Origin: Patellaria atrata CBS 101060
Taxonomy: Eukaryota
Length of the DNA stretch: 20,000 nucleotides
Direction of reading: 5' to 3'
Assembly: GCA_010093705.1 (NCBI GenBank)
Contig: MU006089.1
Coordinates: 3,565,017-3,585,016, forward strand
Made by a program: the position numbers and the translations under genes. The notes under the pieces were generated by a model. It was not told where the DNA came from. It made no database searches and saw only the letters and a list, made by a program, of their open reading frames with translations. Below, piece after piece: positions 9,182-19,896 of the stretch. The first letter of the stretch is position 1, and the number at the start of each line of letters is the position of its first letter.

Positions 9182-11687
9182 ATGGCTCAGGTACTCGCAC
9201 CTATCCTTCAGACTACAACTCCCATGACCTTGCTCCATTCCTCGACCGATCCATTTCAAACCAATTCATCAGGGCAAACCAGTGCCGCACAACCTCCAAG
9301 ATCTTCACAAATGCCGCGAACACACTTGTACAACGGACAGAATGCTGGAGGTTATAGAGGGACTTCAACACCCGTAGCGCCTTACGCGTTCCAGTCTACT
9401 CCACACCTACGGCAGGAGAGCCGGACGATTTCCAGTTCAAGCAATTCATACGGCCAACAAGCTCAGCTGACTCCTCTCGTACAAAAGGCGGGTCATGTGT
9501 CTTCATCATCTAACTCCACCATATCTTCAGCGGCTTCATCGAACCGCTCAGCGACGGCTCCTCATAAAATGTCCAGAGACGACTCTGTGATCTCTACCGC
9601 TCAACGCTCACAAGGGTCTCTTGATACTAAAACCAACGCGACTATGAATCTTACACTACCCGACCTCAATTTTTCTTCCTTCGATGTGACAGCGAAACCT
9701 TCGCCAGATCGATATCGTCGTGGTCAACGCCAACCAAATGTAACCACTTCTTCCGCTACCAAATCTGCAACCCCATCTGGCTCAGGTATGGCTGCAGTAG
9801 CACATCTCTATGATAGTAATGGAAATAGTAGCGCAGCTCGTCCCGCTCATCTTCGAACGAGCAGTGCGGATGACATGCAATTGCCACGTCATGGTCAAAC
9901 CGAACATGCTAAGAGATATCGCAGACGTAGTGTCGGTGGTTTTGAGCCAAATACATATCCAGAATCTGCACTGATCTCTACACCACCATTGGTTCCGAAA
10001 TCGCAACCCACGTGGGCATCAATAGTTGCTGGTAGAGCGGATGGAAAAGAGAACAAACCCCCTGCACCTGCCCCACGGCCGGACTTTTATAGCAATCGAA
10101 ACACGAGCCGAGAGTCTCTTTCCTCCACTAATTCAGCACAACGACCATCTTCACGGCCCTCATCTGTAAGTTTTATTCCTTGATATCAAATCCTTTTGAA
10201 CAATTTTTGCACTCAAAATTTTTGTCAATTCGTACTAACCCATGCTTAGTCGAGGAAAGAATCCTCTCCAAGACCGCAATCGCCACAGTCTGCACCCAGA
10301 CAAGAATCGAGAAATGTCAATGTACCTCCACGAGAGTCTTCCAATACTAGCAAACGGATGGCAAACCCATCTCCTCTATCTCAACCTGCCATCGGGATGG
10401 ACTCGGATACTCCGCAACCCAGTCCCAATAAGCCAACGATGTCCCAAGCTCCGAGCCCCGCCATGCAGCACCTCACTGCCCTCAATGACAAAGACTTGAA
10501 TAAAGGAATGAAGTCACGACTTCGCAGGGCCTTTTCATTCGGTAGTGCGGCCGAGCTTCGACGCGCTTCAGCAGAGAATAGCCTTTCCGCGGAACGAGCC
10601 AAGTTGAGGAAAGAGAAGTACCAAACTGATAAAGAGGCTGCCGCAGCGGCTGAGGAAGAAGCTATCATCGCCAAACAAGAAGCCGCAGGTATTGGTGCAG
10701 GAATATACTCTGGACAGGGAGGCTTGACTGGATCCACGGACAATGTTTCAATCTCATCCACTGCCTCTTCGGCATCAATCATGCTTCGTAAGATGGGAAA
10801 AGGTATGAAGAAAGGCGGAAGATCCATCAAGGGACTTTTCAGACCCAAGTCCGTCATTGGTGTTCCTGCTGCCGATGGACCTGTGACTCAACCTAGTGTG
10901 GCTCAAGTCTCCATGGTGACTGTCGAAGCTGAGAGGGAGAAGGTCAATGTCAACTTGAACCCTCATGACCAAATCGGTGGAGGTACTGGATTTCCAAAGC
11001 TAGAGAGGAATTCAATCGAGACTGGAGCGCTCGAAAAACCCAGTTCTTCAAATGGTTCTGGAATCGGTGCCGACACATGGACAAGAAAGAGTATTGTAGG
11101 TGGTGATAGGGAGCGACAAGAGGTTTTAGCGACAATGGGTCAGCGGAAAGGAATTCTTAAGCGTACGTTTCCTATCTCTCGATTGTGCTATGTCTGTCTA
11201 ACAAAAACTAGGGCCCGGTTCCAATAACTCTTCTCCGGTCATTCGTCCTGCAGATCATAAAGCACCTGATCTGGGACTCCCACAAATTCCCCATGTCTCC
11301 GACACACCAAACTCAAGTGGTCCCACCACCCCTGCGGACGATAACAGAGTTAATATCGGTGGAGAAGATTATTTTGTTGGAGTACCAAAGTTCTCCAGCA
11401 GCACCAAGAGCCTACCAAATACTCCACAAGGTGGTAGTCGCAACATTAGCTTCAGTCCCAGAATCATGTTCCACGATGCATGGTCCAGTTCTGAGTATGA
11501 TAGGCGCGGGGACATTGCTACCTGCAACCGTTTAACTCCGATGCTAGCACAGCAGATTAAGGAAGAGCTGAATTCCTTCAAAATGGTATGTCGTGCACTC
11601 ATCCACACTTTGACATTCCTCAAACTAATGCCACTTTAGGAGATGGAGGTTCACGAAGACTCGAAGCCACACACACACTTCTTCTAA
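9182..11687 (+). CDS. BNI4: BNI4-like protein phosphatase 1 (Glc7) targeting subunit with Phactr/Afr1/Bni4-type C-terminus, 4 exons (9182-10165, 10250-11162, 11212-11585, 11640-11687), 772 aa
   Basis: Three canonical introns: 10166-10249 (GTAAGT/TACTAAC/TAG), 11163-11211 (GTACGT/CTAAC/TAG) and 11586-11639 (GTATGT/CTAAT/TAG). Splicing gives one open frame of 2319 nt. A long Ser/Pro/Thr-rich body is followed by KGILK, RNISFSPRI and WSSSEYDRRGDIATCNRLTPMLAQQIKEELNSFKMEMEVHEDSKPHTHFF, the conserved PP1-binding tail of Bni4/Afr1/Phactr proteins. Confidence 0.88.
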
Positions 11688-13051
11688 CGAATTAAAAAAT
11701 CAACGAAAACATAAGCATACCTACACGTGGTTGTCAATATCGCCGCCGCAATGGGTTATGAACGAATTCTCTCCCGAACTCATTATCATCATCATCTCAT
11801 AGAACTCAACATCTAACTACCGTTTCCGCCCTTCCTACGTCTTTAACACCGCAACCATTTGTAGCAAAGCACGCATTTGGCGGTCTCAACTGAAGCACTC
11901 ATACATTTCTGGCGTTCCCAGGCGAAAAGCGGGCAGCAAGCAAGTTTCTGTTTCTATCGGTTTCATTTTGTCATTGTCCGTGCTGGAATCTTTTTCCTTT
12001 TTTTTTACTGCAAATTAATGTGGGTGGGTTTGACCTTTCCTTTTTCTTGTCTTACTCCTTTCCTTCGGTCTGTATGTCTCTCTGGGATGTGCATGACAAA
12101 ACCGAAGCAGCAGGATGTGAGCGAACATTGACAACCCGTCAGTGCGAGCATTTCTTGAAATATCAATGCTGCGGAATGGGTTCTTTATGAGCCAGAGGAT
12201 TTTAAACAAATCAACCATTATCGGTTGGAGAATGGACGGAAGTGGACGTGTAGGAGATATGTATGATGCAGGACGTCTTATCATCGTGTTGTCTTGGGAT
12301 CCAAACTCATGGATCTCAGTCAACCGAGGAAGGTGGCAACAGCTTTCTTTTTCAATCTTTCTGGTTAGGTTATGAAATGGAGGAAAGCTTTGTGCCTTCT
12401 TTACTCTTAGCTCCTTCATGATGCAAACTTCTTACAATTGTGCTTATGAGTGATGCGGATGCGGAATTACCCTAAATTTCTTCCGCTCAGGCCTATGATA
12501 CTCTAACCCTCACGATCCTCCGTTCACGAATTGATACTTGCCACTCACATAGCCGAGCGATTATCTTGAAGTTTCAACGTGTGAAATAGGACTTTTGTGC
12601 TTTCAAAATGCTAACACTAAACTCATAGCAAACCTATTATCGAGGGGGCTACCGAGATGCGATAATGCGATAATGGGTCACCAGGATGGGTGAATAGAAG
12701 ATGTACACTCGGACTACCTTGTTACTCTACTGTTCATGTCCTACTACTGTCTGTACGGTCATGGGGCGACTTTTCTATATTTCACTTTCCTATTTCTCAA
12801 CCAAAAGTTTTCTTCATATCGTAAATATATAGTCTATTAATCAACTCCGAGATGCTTTTTATTCAAGATCATGGTATCACCAAAATATGGAGAACTGAAA
12901 GTTTCATTTTAAATTGATAATTCATATCGGCATGTACATATTTTTGAGGCGTACATGAGAATATTCAGATGTTTCGTGATATTTCCTATGCGCCATGGTC
13001 TCTCACGTCGACCCCGTCCATCCCTACCGGCCTCACCTTCGTCTTTAAACT

Positions 13052-13788
13052 TTAGACCTTCATCTCGGTAAGCCCATGTTTCCAGACAGTGACATAAGGT
13101 GTAACACCATCTTCGCGATAGTTGAGAAGGATGACCCTATGAAAATGATATGAATTAGCATTCTATACCTTCACACTAGCGGATAAAATGAAAGGAGAGG
13201 GTCATATACATACATTCCATCGGGATCCATACTCTCACCAATCAAGAACTCGTAGTCCTTGAAGTTGGCAATGATCTTCTTAGCATAACCCTGGGCAGCT
13301 TTCTCGAACTCCTTGACGTCGTCCTCGCTGGCGCCACGAGCTTTCATAGCCTCCTTGACTTTCTTCATGTATGTCTTGAGGTGGGTGAGGTAGGACTTCT
13401 TGTCGAAGCTGGTCTCGTTCAGACGAAAGGAATGCACAACATCGATGACTTGCTGGGCTTGATCTTCGGTGCCTTCGTCGGCTTCTTCGGCCGAAGCGTT
13501 GGCGCCAATATCTATGGTGATATTAGACGATTGCGGTCTATTGTGGTATTTGGGCGGCACGTACCGATATCACCAACACCAACGGAGATTTTCTTGCAAT
13601 CAGCCTCGTAGACGGCACCATCGATCTCCTTTAGGTTGTATGAATCAGAGATGATCTCATCTTCAGTGATGATATCCTATAATTCGGTTACGGTTTGTTA
13701 GCTCTACGAAAAAATGATCCAGTCTTATCCAGGCATTGTAATGCGGGGAGCGGGGCGCTGAAAAGAGTCTCACCTTGAAGATGATCAT
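13052..13788 (-). CDS. TMA19: Translationally controlled tumour protein (TCTP) homolog, 4 exons (13788-13774, 13676-13565, 13511-13214, 13136-13052), 169 aa
   Basis: Spliced product [32 protein letters not shown]...[10 protein letters not shown]...[31 protein letters not shown]...[39 protein letters not shown] carries both TCTP signature regions. Introns of 97, 53 and 77 nt have GTGAGA/GTACGT/GTATGT donors, GCTAAC/TCTAAT/GCTAAT branch sites and TAG acceptors. Confidence 0.97.
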
Positions 13789-14437
13789 GATGAAGAGAGA
13801 TTCAACGAAGCAAAGACTCGGGGTATCTTAAGAATAAAGAATGAAGCAGACTATAAGAGTCAAGAGACAGAGAATGATATAAAAAGTCGAAGTCGTGGTT
13901 TTGAGTAAGGTGGGTAAGTCGAGATTAAAATTTACTAAACCGAAGGGCGGCGACGAGATGGGATGGTGGGGCGATTTTCTCTCTCGATACGGAATCACAA
14001 GAGGATAACGAGCAACTTTTTTGGGGCTCCTAATAATAATCCGGAATAATCGGCGACCGGTGGAGAGATCAAATCTTTGATATTCGGTCACGTTATTCAG
14101 CTATCAGATGCTGCACCCTCTCGAATTCAATTCTCTTGATCAATCATTACAATAACTTCTTCATTCGTCACAATCCTTTCTCACTTTTCTTCCTTCCGTA
14201 GTCCATCTCTCGTTTCACAGTTGCAATCATCTATTTACACCGGTCCCTTCTCGGGCCCCGGATCCTTCAGTCACTCCTTTTCCAACACCCCTCTGCGCGT
14301 ACGCCGCGTTTAAAGGCAACCCGGCCATCATTACGCTTCTAATATAAGACCTCGAATTTCTACAACTAACAATTCAATTACCTCTTCTAAACCTGTTCGA
14401 ATTCTCAACATTGCCTTACATGACGATTGCCTTCGTT
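13789..14437. promoter_or_regulatory. Short divergent (bidirectional) promoter region between TCTP and SUR2
   Basis: 649 bp between two head-to-head start codons. Pyrimidine-rich leaders point outward on each strand (purine-rich on + at ~13790-13890, CT-rich on + at ~14150-14290). Confidence 0.6.
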
Positions 14438-15976
14438 ATGGCCAATTCAAGTTTAATTACAGAGATCCCGCCACTTCCGCAATACACTCTACGTCCTCGA
14501 CCTCCACTAATCTCCTGGCTACCAGATGAATACCTTAGTCTTGTCGTCCTGGTCATAGCATATTGGATCGTTTCTCTCTTCTTTCACATAATAGACGTAT
14601 TTGACCTTTTCCCGCAATACCGTCTCCACACTCCCGCCGAGATCCTTAAGCGCAATCACGTCTCCCGCTATGAAGTCTTTCGAGACGTCGTCATACAGCA
14701 AGCAATTCAAACACTATTTGGCTTCTTCTTAGCAGTTATTGAACCGCAGGCATACTATGGAAAGGAAGATTATGATGTCGCAGTCTGGGCGCAAAGAATA
14801 AGATATGCTCAGAGTGTCGTACCTCCCGCTTTGTCACTTATTGGATTGGACGCTGGAGGATTTGCAAAGGAACTTTCGATATCATATCCTACTGTAGCTG
14901 GTATACTAGCTGGGGGAAGATACCCATGGTTGGTTCAACATGTATTAATTGGTTCCGAGACTGCTATTGTACCAGCTTTTGCGTCTTGGGAATTATGGAC
15001 CGCGAAGACAATCTACTGGGCTGCAATTCCGACGTTGCAATTCATCCTAGCGGTTTGCTGGTTGGATACCTGGCAATATTTCTTGCATCGCTTCATGCAT
15101 ATGAACAAATGGATGTACAGTAGGTCTTCTGAACAATTGACAACTGTTAAATAACGGCAACTAACTAGTAAATCAGCGACCTTTCATTCTCGCCATCATC
15201 GTCTATACGTCCCATATGCGTATGGTGCACTGTACAACCATCCATTTGAAGGTTTCCTCCTTGATACCCTCGGCGCCGGTCTCGGTTACCTTATTACCGG
15301 CATGACAACTCGTCAAGGCATGCTTTTCTTTACCTGCTCCACCGTCAAGACTGTTGACGACCATTGTGGATATTCTCTTCCCTGGGATCCAATCCAACGG
15401 CTTAGCTCAAACAATGCTGCGTACCATGACATCCACCACCAAAGTTTTGGTATCAAAACAAACTTTTCGCAACCCTTCTTTACCTTTTGGGACAAGCTCT
15501 TGGGTACAATGTGGACCGGTGGTGATGTTTCGGCCCGGTATGCGCGCGCTCGTCTTGCTGCTCAACGTAAGGTCGACCTTGATAACGCCAAAGCATCTCT
15601 CACCTCCTCCACTCCGGCAGATAGTCTCACCAGCTCCGAGGCTCCTTATGAGAATATAGATAATGATACCGAGATCCTAATCTCTTCGATGCAGGCAGAC
15701 GCCCTCCCGTCTATTCCCCCAGGTAAGGCTACAAAGCAAGCGATAGGCTCCAGAAACCAGGTTCTGTCGGATAAACAAGGAGGTGGTCCGAGCGTATTAG
15801 CAGAGGAGACGGCGGAAGAGAAAGAGGCGCAGGCATCCCTGCTCAGGAGTCCGAGAAGAAGCACGCAGGGTGGTGCGAGCGGGAGCGGGAGTCTAAAGGG
15901 ATTAAGGGATAAGGTGAATGGGAGCTTAAGACAAAGGGGAGGAAGTGTGCTAGGATGTGAGATGAAGGGGAGTTGA
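14438..15976 (+). CDS. SUR2: Sphinganine C4-hydroxylase (fatty acid hydroxylase superfamily; SUR2/BasA), 2 exons (14438-15119, 15177-15976), 493 aa
   Basis: Three His boxes HRFMH, HSRHH and HDIHH, plus YRLHTPAEILKRN, LYVPYAYGALYNHPFEG, KTVDDHCGY and NFSQPFFTFWD. A 57-nt phase-1 intron lies at 15120-15176 (GTAGGT/CTAAC/CAG). The start is either ATG 14438 (gttATGG, better context) or the in-frame ATG at 14420. Confidence 0.95.
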
Positions 15977-16905
15977 TGTCATAGTTGATAATAGGCTGGG
16001 TTGTGCTTTGTTTTGGGAGTTTCGGTATGAGAGAAAATGGCATGTGTATGCAATTCATTAGGGGGCGAAGACCGTGTTGAGAGGTAATGTTAATTATCCT
16101 GTTCTACCTTAAATCTCAACCATTTCATCTTTTCTGACTTTGGCATGTTTTGCGGGACATTTTGAGAGGTAAAAATTCTACTTGGGACTTGACTTAGAGG
16201 TCATCAATATGGTTAATACTTGGAGAAGACAAATGGGAAAAAGAGTAATGTGTAGATTCATCACGTCACTCCTTTGAGACGTGGTAGGGGAGAAGGGGCG
16301 GGTCATGTCTAGGAAGTAGCATAGAATAGAGTTGTATTTTTACTGTTAGACAGACTGCCTTGTCATTTCGTCTCTACCTCTCTATTCACTCCCTCTATTT
16401 GATCTCAATCCAAGAGTACTGTACAATTCTAGCTGCGGTATCAGTACTCTTGATGACAGGACTAAAGTGTCGCGACTTTGTTACTTCTGATGAACTTGGT
16501 CTAGGAAAGTTATAGCACGAGGGAAGCATGAGTAGCGCTGGTCTTCAGTAGGGGTATGGCGAGGGGAGGTTTGATGATTGTAATAATAATTGAAGATATA
16601 GAAAGTGTACACTCGCCTAGGTGTCTAGGGTTTTGGTTGTGATAATGGCTAGAGTAATGAGCTAACGGAAGGCGATCTAGGTATTGAAGTAATGAGAAAT
16701 CGAAGTTTAAATCCGGTAGATAATCGTATGAATCATAGTATGGAAACATGTTGGCAAATTTCATGATATTAAGCATACCCTCACAGACATACGGAAACAC
16801 ACCTTGGAATTGAACTTCATTCATTTATTCAAATCGGATAGTTTTGAACATAGAATTACACTAATGTAGCAATTTCTACATCGGTCACATCTTACCTACT
16901 GACTG

Positions 16906-18468
16906 TCAATACTGTTCCATAACCCCTTGATAGCTTCTCGCCATCGTACGGGCACCAACTGACCTCACAACTGATCTCGCAACCGATGGCCGGTTTACTG
17001 CCAGATACGGGCCGTACTCATATGGATTCTTGATACTAGGACTTGAAATATTGCTCGCGGAGTCCGATGGATGAATTGTATCAGTATACTTATGAACTTG
17101 TGTTCCATGAGAAGATGAACTGGGTATCGGAAAATAGGGTCTGACCTTACGAACTGCGTTGCGCCGTTGTGGGATAGAAGGGGGAGATCCATTGACCGGA
17201 TAGCCATGGGCATATGGGAGGTTATTGTTTGCTTGGACGATAGTTTTATTGATACCGTTGTTCCCGTTTCGACCCAACTCAGAGCGCGAGCTGGTACCAG
17301 GATTCTGGCGATTGAAGAAAGCGGCGGAGCTTACATTACTCTGGGGCTTTGAAAAGAGAGGTGTAGAAGCTACAACATCCGAGGGGATAGATAGATCTGG
17401 GCTCGTGGTAGCCTTAGGCGTGGGATTGAGGTTCGAGTTCATCCTGGGATTTTGCGGACCGGATGCAGGATACACGGAAGATGCAGGATATGGGATAAAC
17501 AGTCGATCTGAAGATCCCCAAGGAGCGGGAGAAGGTGAAGGAGAGACTTCAGCATCCGAGGCCTCATGTGAAATGCCAGCGGTGGGGTTTGGTTCACTCT
17601 GTGAGGTGTTCTCACGAGCAGCTGTTTGTGCTTCACGAGCTTCAATATCCTCCTCCATTTTGAGGGACTTACCGATATTATGGACTTCTTTGCCAATTTT
17701 TGAACCCAACTCCATGGCCTTTCCCGCCTCCTTGTCACCATGGACATTGATCCATGCTTGATACCACTCCATCCGCTTGCTCCCATATAACTTCGTTTCT
17801 CCACATCGAGCAAGTGCGCCCGCCCGTAGCATTGTGATGATGCTCAAGTCACCCCCTATCCTTGCCAACGCGCAGGCGCGGCAACCATCAGGTTGCGGGA
17901 TCCAGTCTGAAGCCTTGAGATCCCTATTCAACGGATTTACTGGGCGGGGTTCATCTTCAAAGATTTCAGCAAGATTATCCAGCCGTGAGAAGAGCATCTT
18001 ATGGGGATACTCAAGTGCACGAGCATTATGCAAGCGTTCGAGATAGTTAGGTAGCAGTTCACAAACATCTTTCTTGATCCATCTGAAGATCTCAGCCATA
18101 AGACCAAGACTCAGGGGTGCATGAAGAGCACAAACCCTATGTCCATGAAGCCCCCTTCCTGGCCCTGTGCTAGCGTTCAACCACTGCATCATGGGCTGTG
18201 GGAGGGAGGAACCAAACTTTTCCATCGCTCTTTGCGCCCCGTTGAGAGGGATGTAATGGACGGATAATAGATGTCGAGGCAACGCCTTGATTTGCTCTCT
18301 CGTCATGCTCATATAGCTGAATAGACGAGGTGATTTATGATCGACAAGGGGGTGAGGAGCATGACATAGAATTTGTGTAAGGGTAATAATGTCAGTAGAT
18401 GTAAGGTGGTTGAAACGTTTTGCTGGCATCTTAGGTTCATAGAGAGCCTTGACTGCAGCAGAAGCCAT
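16906..18468 (-). CDS. Hypothetical protein, 520 aa; putative Cys/His-containing folded N-terminal half and Ser/Pro/Asn-rich disordered C-terminal half
   Basis: Uninterrupted 1563-nt ORF with a strong start context (aaaATGG), far longer than the chance ORFs in this window. I do not recognise the family. Confidence 0.8.
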   Translation of the reverse strand: MASAAVKALYEPKMPAKRFNHLTSTDIITLTQILCHAPHPLVDHKSPRLFSYMSMTREQIKALPRHLLSVHYIPLNGAQRAMEKFGSSLPQPMMQWLNASTGPGRGLHGHRVCALHAPLSLGLMAEIFRWIKKDVCELLPNYLERLHNARALEYPHKMLFSRLDNLAEIFEDEPRPVNPLNRDLKASDWIPQPDGCRACALARIGGDLSIITMLRAGALARCGETKLYGSKRMEWYQAWINVHGDKEAGKAMELGSKIGKEVHNIGKSLKMEEDIEAREAQTAARENTSQSEPNPTAGISHEASDAEVSPSPSPAPWGSSDRLFIPYPASSVYPASGPQNPRMNSNLNPTPKATTSPDLSIPSDVVASTPLFSKPQSNVSSAAFFNRQNPGTSSRSELGRNGNNGINKTIVQANNNLPYAHGYPVNGSPPSIPQRRNAVRKVRPYFPIPSSSSHGTQVHKYTDTIHPSDSASNISSPSIKNPYEYGPYLAVNRPSVARSVVRSVGARTMARSYQGVMEQY

Positions 18469-19375
18469 TTTAAAAATCTATTTCGTTTTGCGTATGTGAG
18501 TGGGGCTTTTAAACTGACTATCTAGTAGTCGTTTGTTTGATCGAGTGATTTGTAAGAGTACTGTAAGATTGATCTTTTGTTAAGATATCGTGCGTTTCTT
18601 GCTTTTTGTTGCTTTGAACTTGAACCTTAAGAGATGGACCGTATAAATGTATTTTCATGATGGCCAATTTACAATGGATGCAGCAAATGAACAACGTGAA
18701 ATATGCAAATAGAAGACATTGTAACGTAATTAATGCGATCAAAACGATCATTGTGAAGGTAACGGAACGTTGCTCTGCTAACCAAATAATGCTTTGTTAT
18801 ATGCGAAGCTGTGGACTGGACCTTAGGACAGAGAATGTTTGGAAGATCAGGGAAAGATATTTCACTGTTATTTGACCATATTGAAGATGGGTAGTGAAAA
18901 TTGAGGTGAAAGCTTTCCAACTTTTGAATTTCAATTGTAAGCTATTCTTAACTGATATTGTTGACACCAAGCATCATCAATGGTTTGCGTATTAGAACTT
19001 CAGATGGTGTACTACTGTCTCCATTTTAGGCGATCTTGAGGATTTTCATGTCAGGTCTCGAGAGAACTCTTTTGACTTTCCTCATCATGATCTGGGCGCC
19101 TCGGCTGCTACGCGGTCTGCGGTTTCAGGAACCCTACCTTCAGCATTAGGACCACCAGTATTTCCACGACCAACTTCAGCATCATCATTATCTGTGAGAT
19201 TATACCACTACGGCAAAAGGCCGACCTTAATGCCGAGTTTGGCAGTAAAACTTATATCTGACACACCCTTCCAGCACTGGACTGATACCCTGTTCAAACA
19301 GTGCTGTAACTCGCAACTATCTCCTCGTGGGTCTATATGATCTTTCTAACGTGATGGCGAAAAGTTCAGTATCTT

Positions 19376-19481
19376 ACCCCCCAGCTGGGCTCGAACTTAT
19401 GACGCCGTCTTTTATCACGTGATCTTACAGGCTAGATACTCTGTGGGTGGCGCATTGGTGCTCTATAAATGAGTATAAGGC
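19376..19481 (-). pseudogene. Possible degenerate tRNA gene or tRNA-derived SINE head
   Basis: The minus strand reads GCCTTATACTCATTTATAGAGCACC (A-box/D-arm-like) ... GTCATAAGTTCGAGCCCAGCTGGGGGG (B-box/T-loop and acceptor-like), followed by TTTT about 13 nt downstream. The stems are broken and no anticodon can be assigned. Confidence 0.3.
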
Positions 19482-19896
19482 AAGCCGGGCTTATAACTAT
19501 GAGATTATGGATAACTGAATATAGTCGCTTGATTTTTTCTATCTATCCATTAAAGGAATTTCTGTGACAATGTAGTATAGCTATAGTAATCGTATTTTGA
19601 CTATCTCTATTACTAACTACTAAGTGTGGAGATTAAGTTAAGGAACAATAATATCGTGGGCCGAATGTCCGCATATAACAGTCCCGCCTTGCCAAGCCTC
19701 GGCCCGACTATCTTCCGTTTAACCAATCAGCGCTTAGAGATCTTTTCCGCGTCCGACCCGGCAAAGATCTCTTGCAAATAAACCAAACACTCAGCATAGT
19801 GTTACGGCCACAAGTTGTAGGAACATGCAGACAACGAGTGAGGGGAAGAAAGGAACACCACTCGGGAGAACTGCGGATGAAACGAGTAACAGCGAG

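Noticed and set aside
10381..10857. 158-aa antisense ORF
   Set aside because: Shadow of BNI4-like exon 2, with no independent signal.
12015..12419. 134-aa minus-strand ORF between the convergent BNI4-like and TCTP genes
   Set aside because: No recognisable domain or splice structure, and it overlaps the probable 3'UTR of the BNI4-like gene.
12657..12675. Tandem ATGCGATA duplication giving two GATAA sites
   Set aside because: It lies between two 3' ends, far from any promoter, and is easily explained by chance or slippage.
16510..16824. 104-aa minus-strand ORF downstream of the 520-aa gene
   Set aside because: It lies in the AT-rich probable 3'UTR. I found no convincing intron linking it to the upstream ORF and no domain.
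17225..17761. 178-aa plus-strand ORF
   Set aside because: Antisense shadow of the Ser/Pro-rich part of the 520-aa gene.
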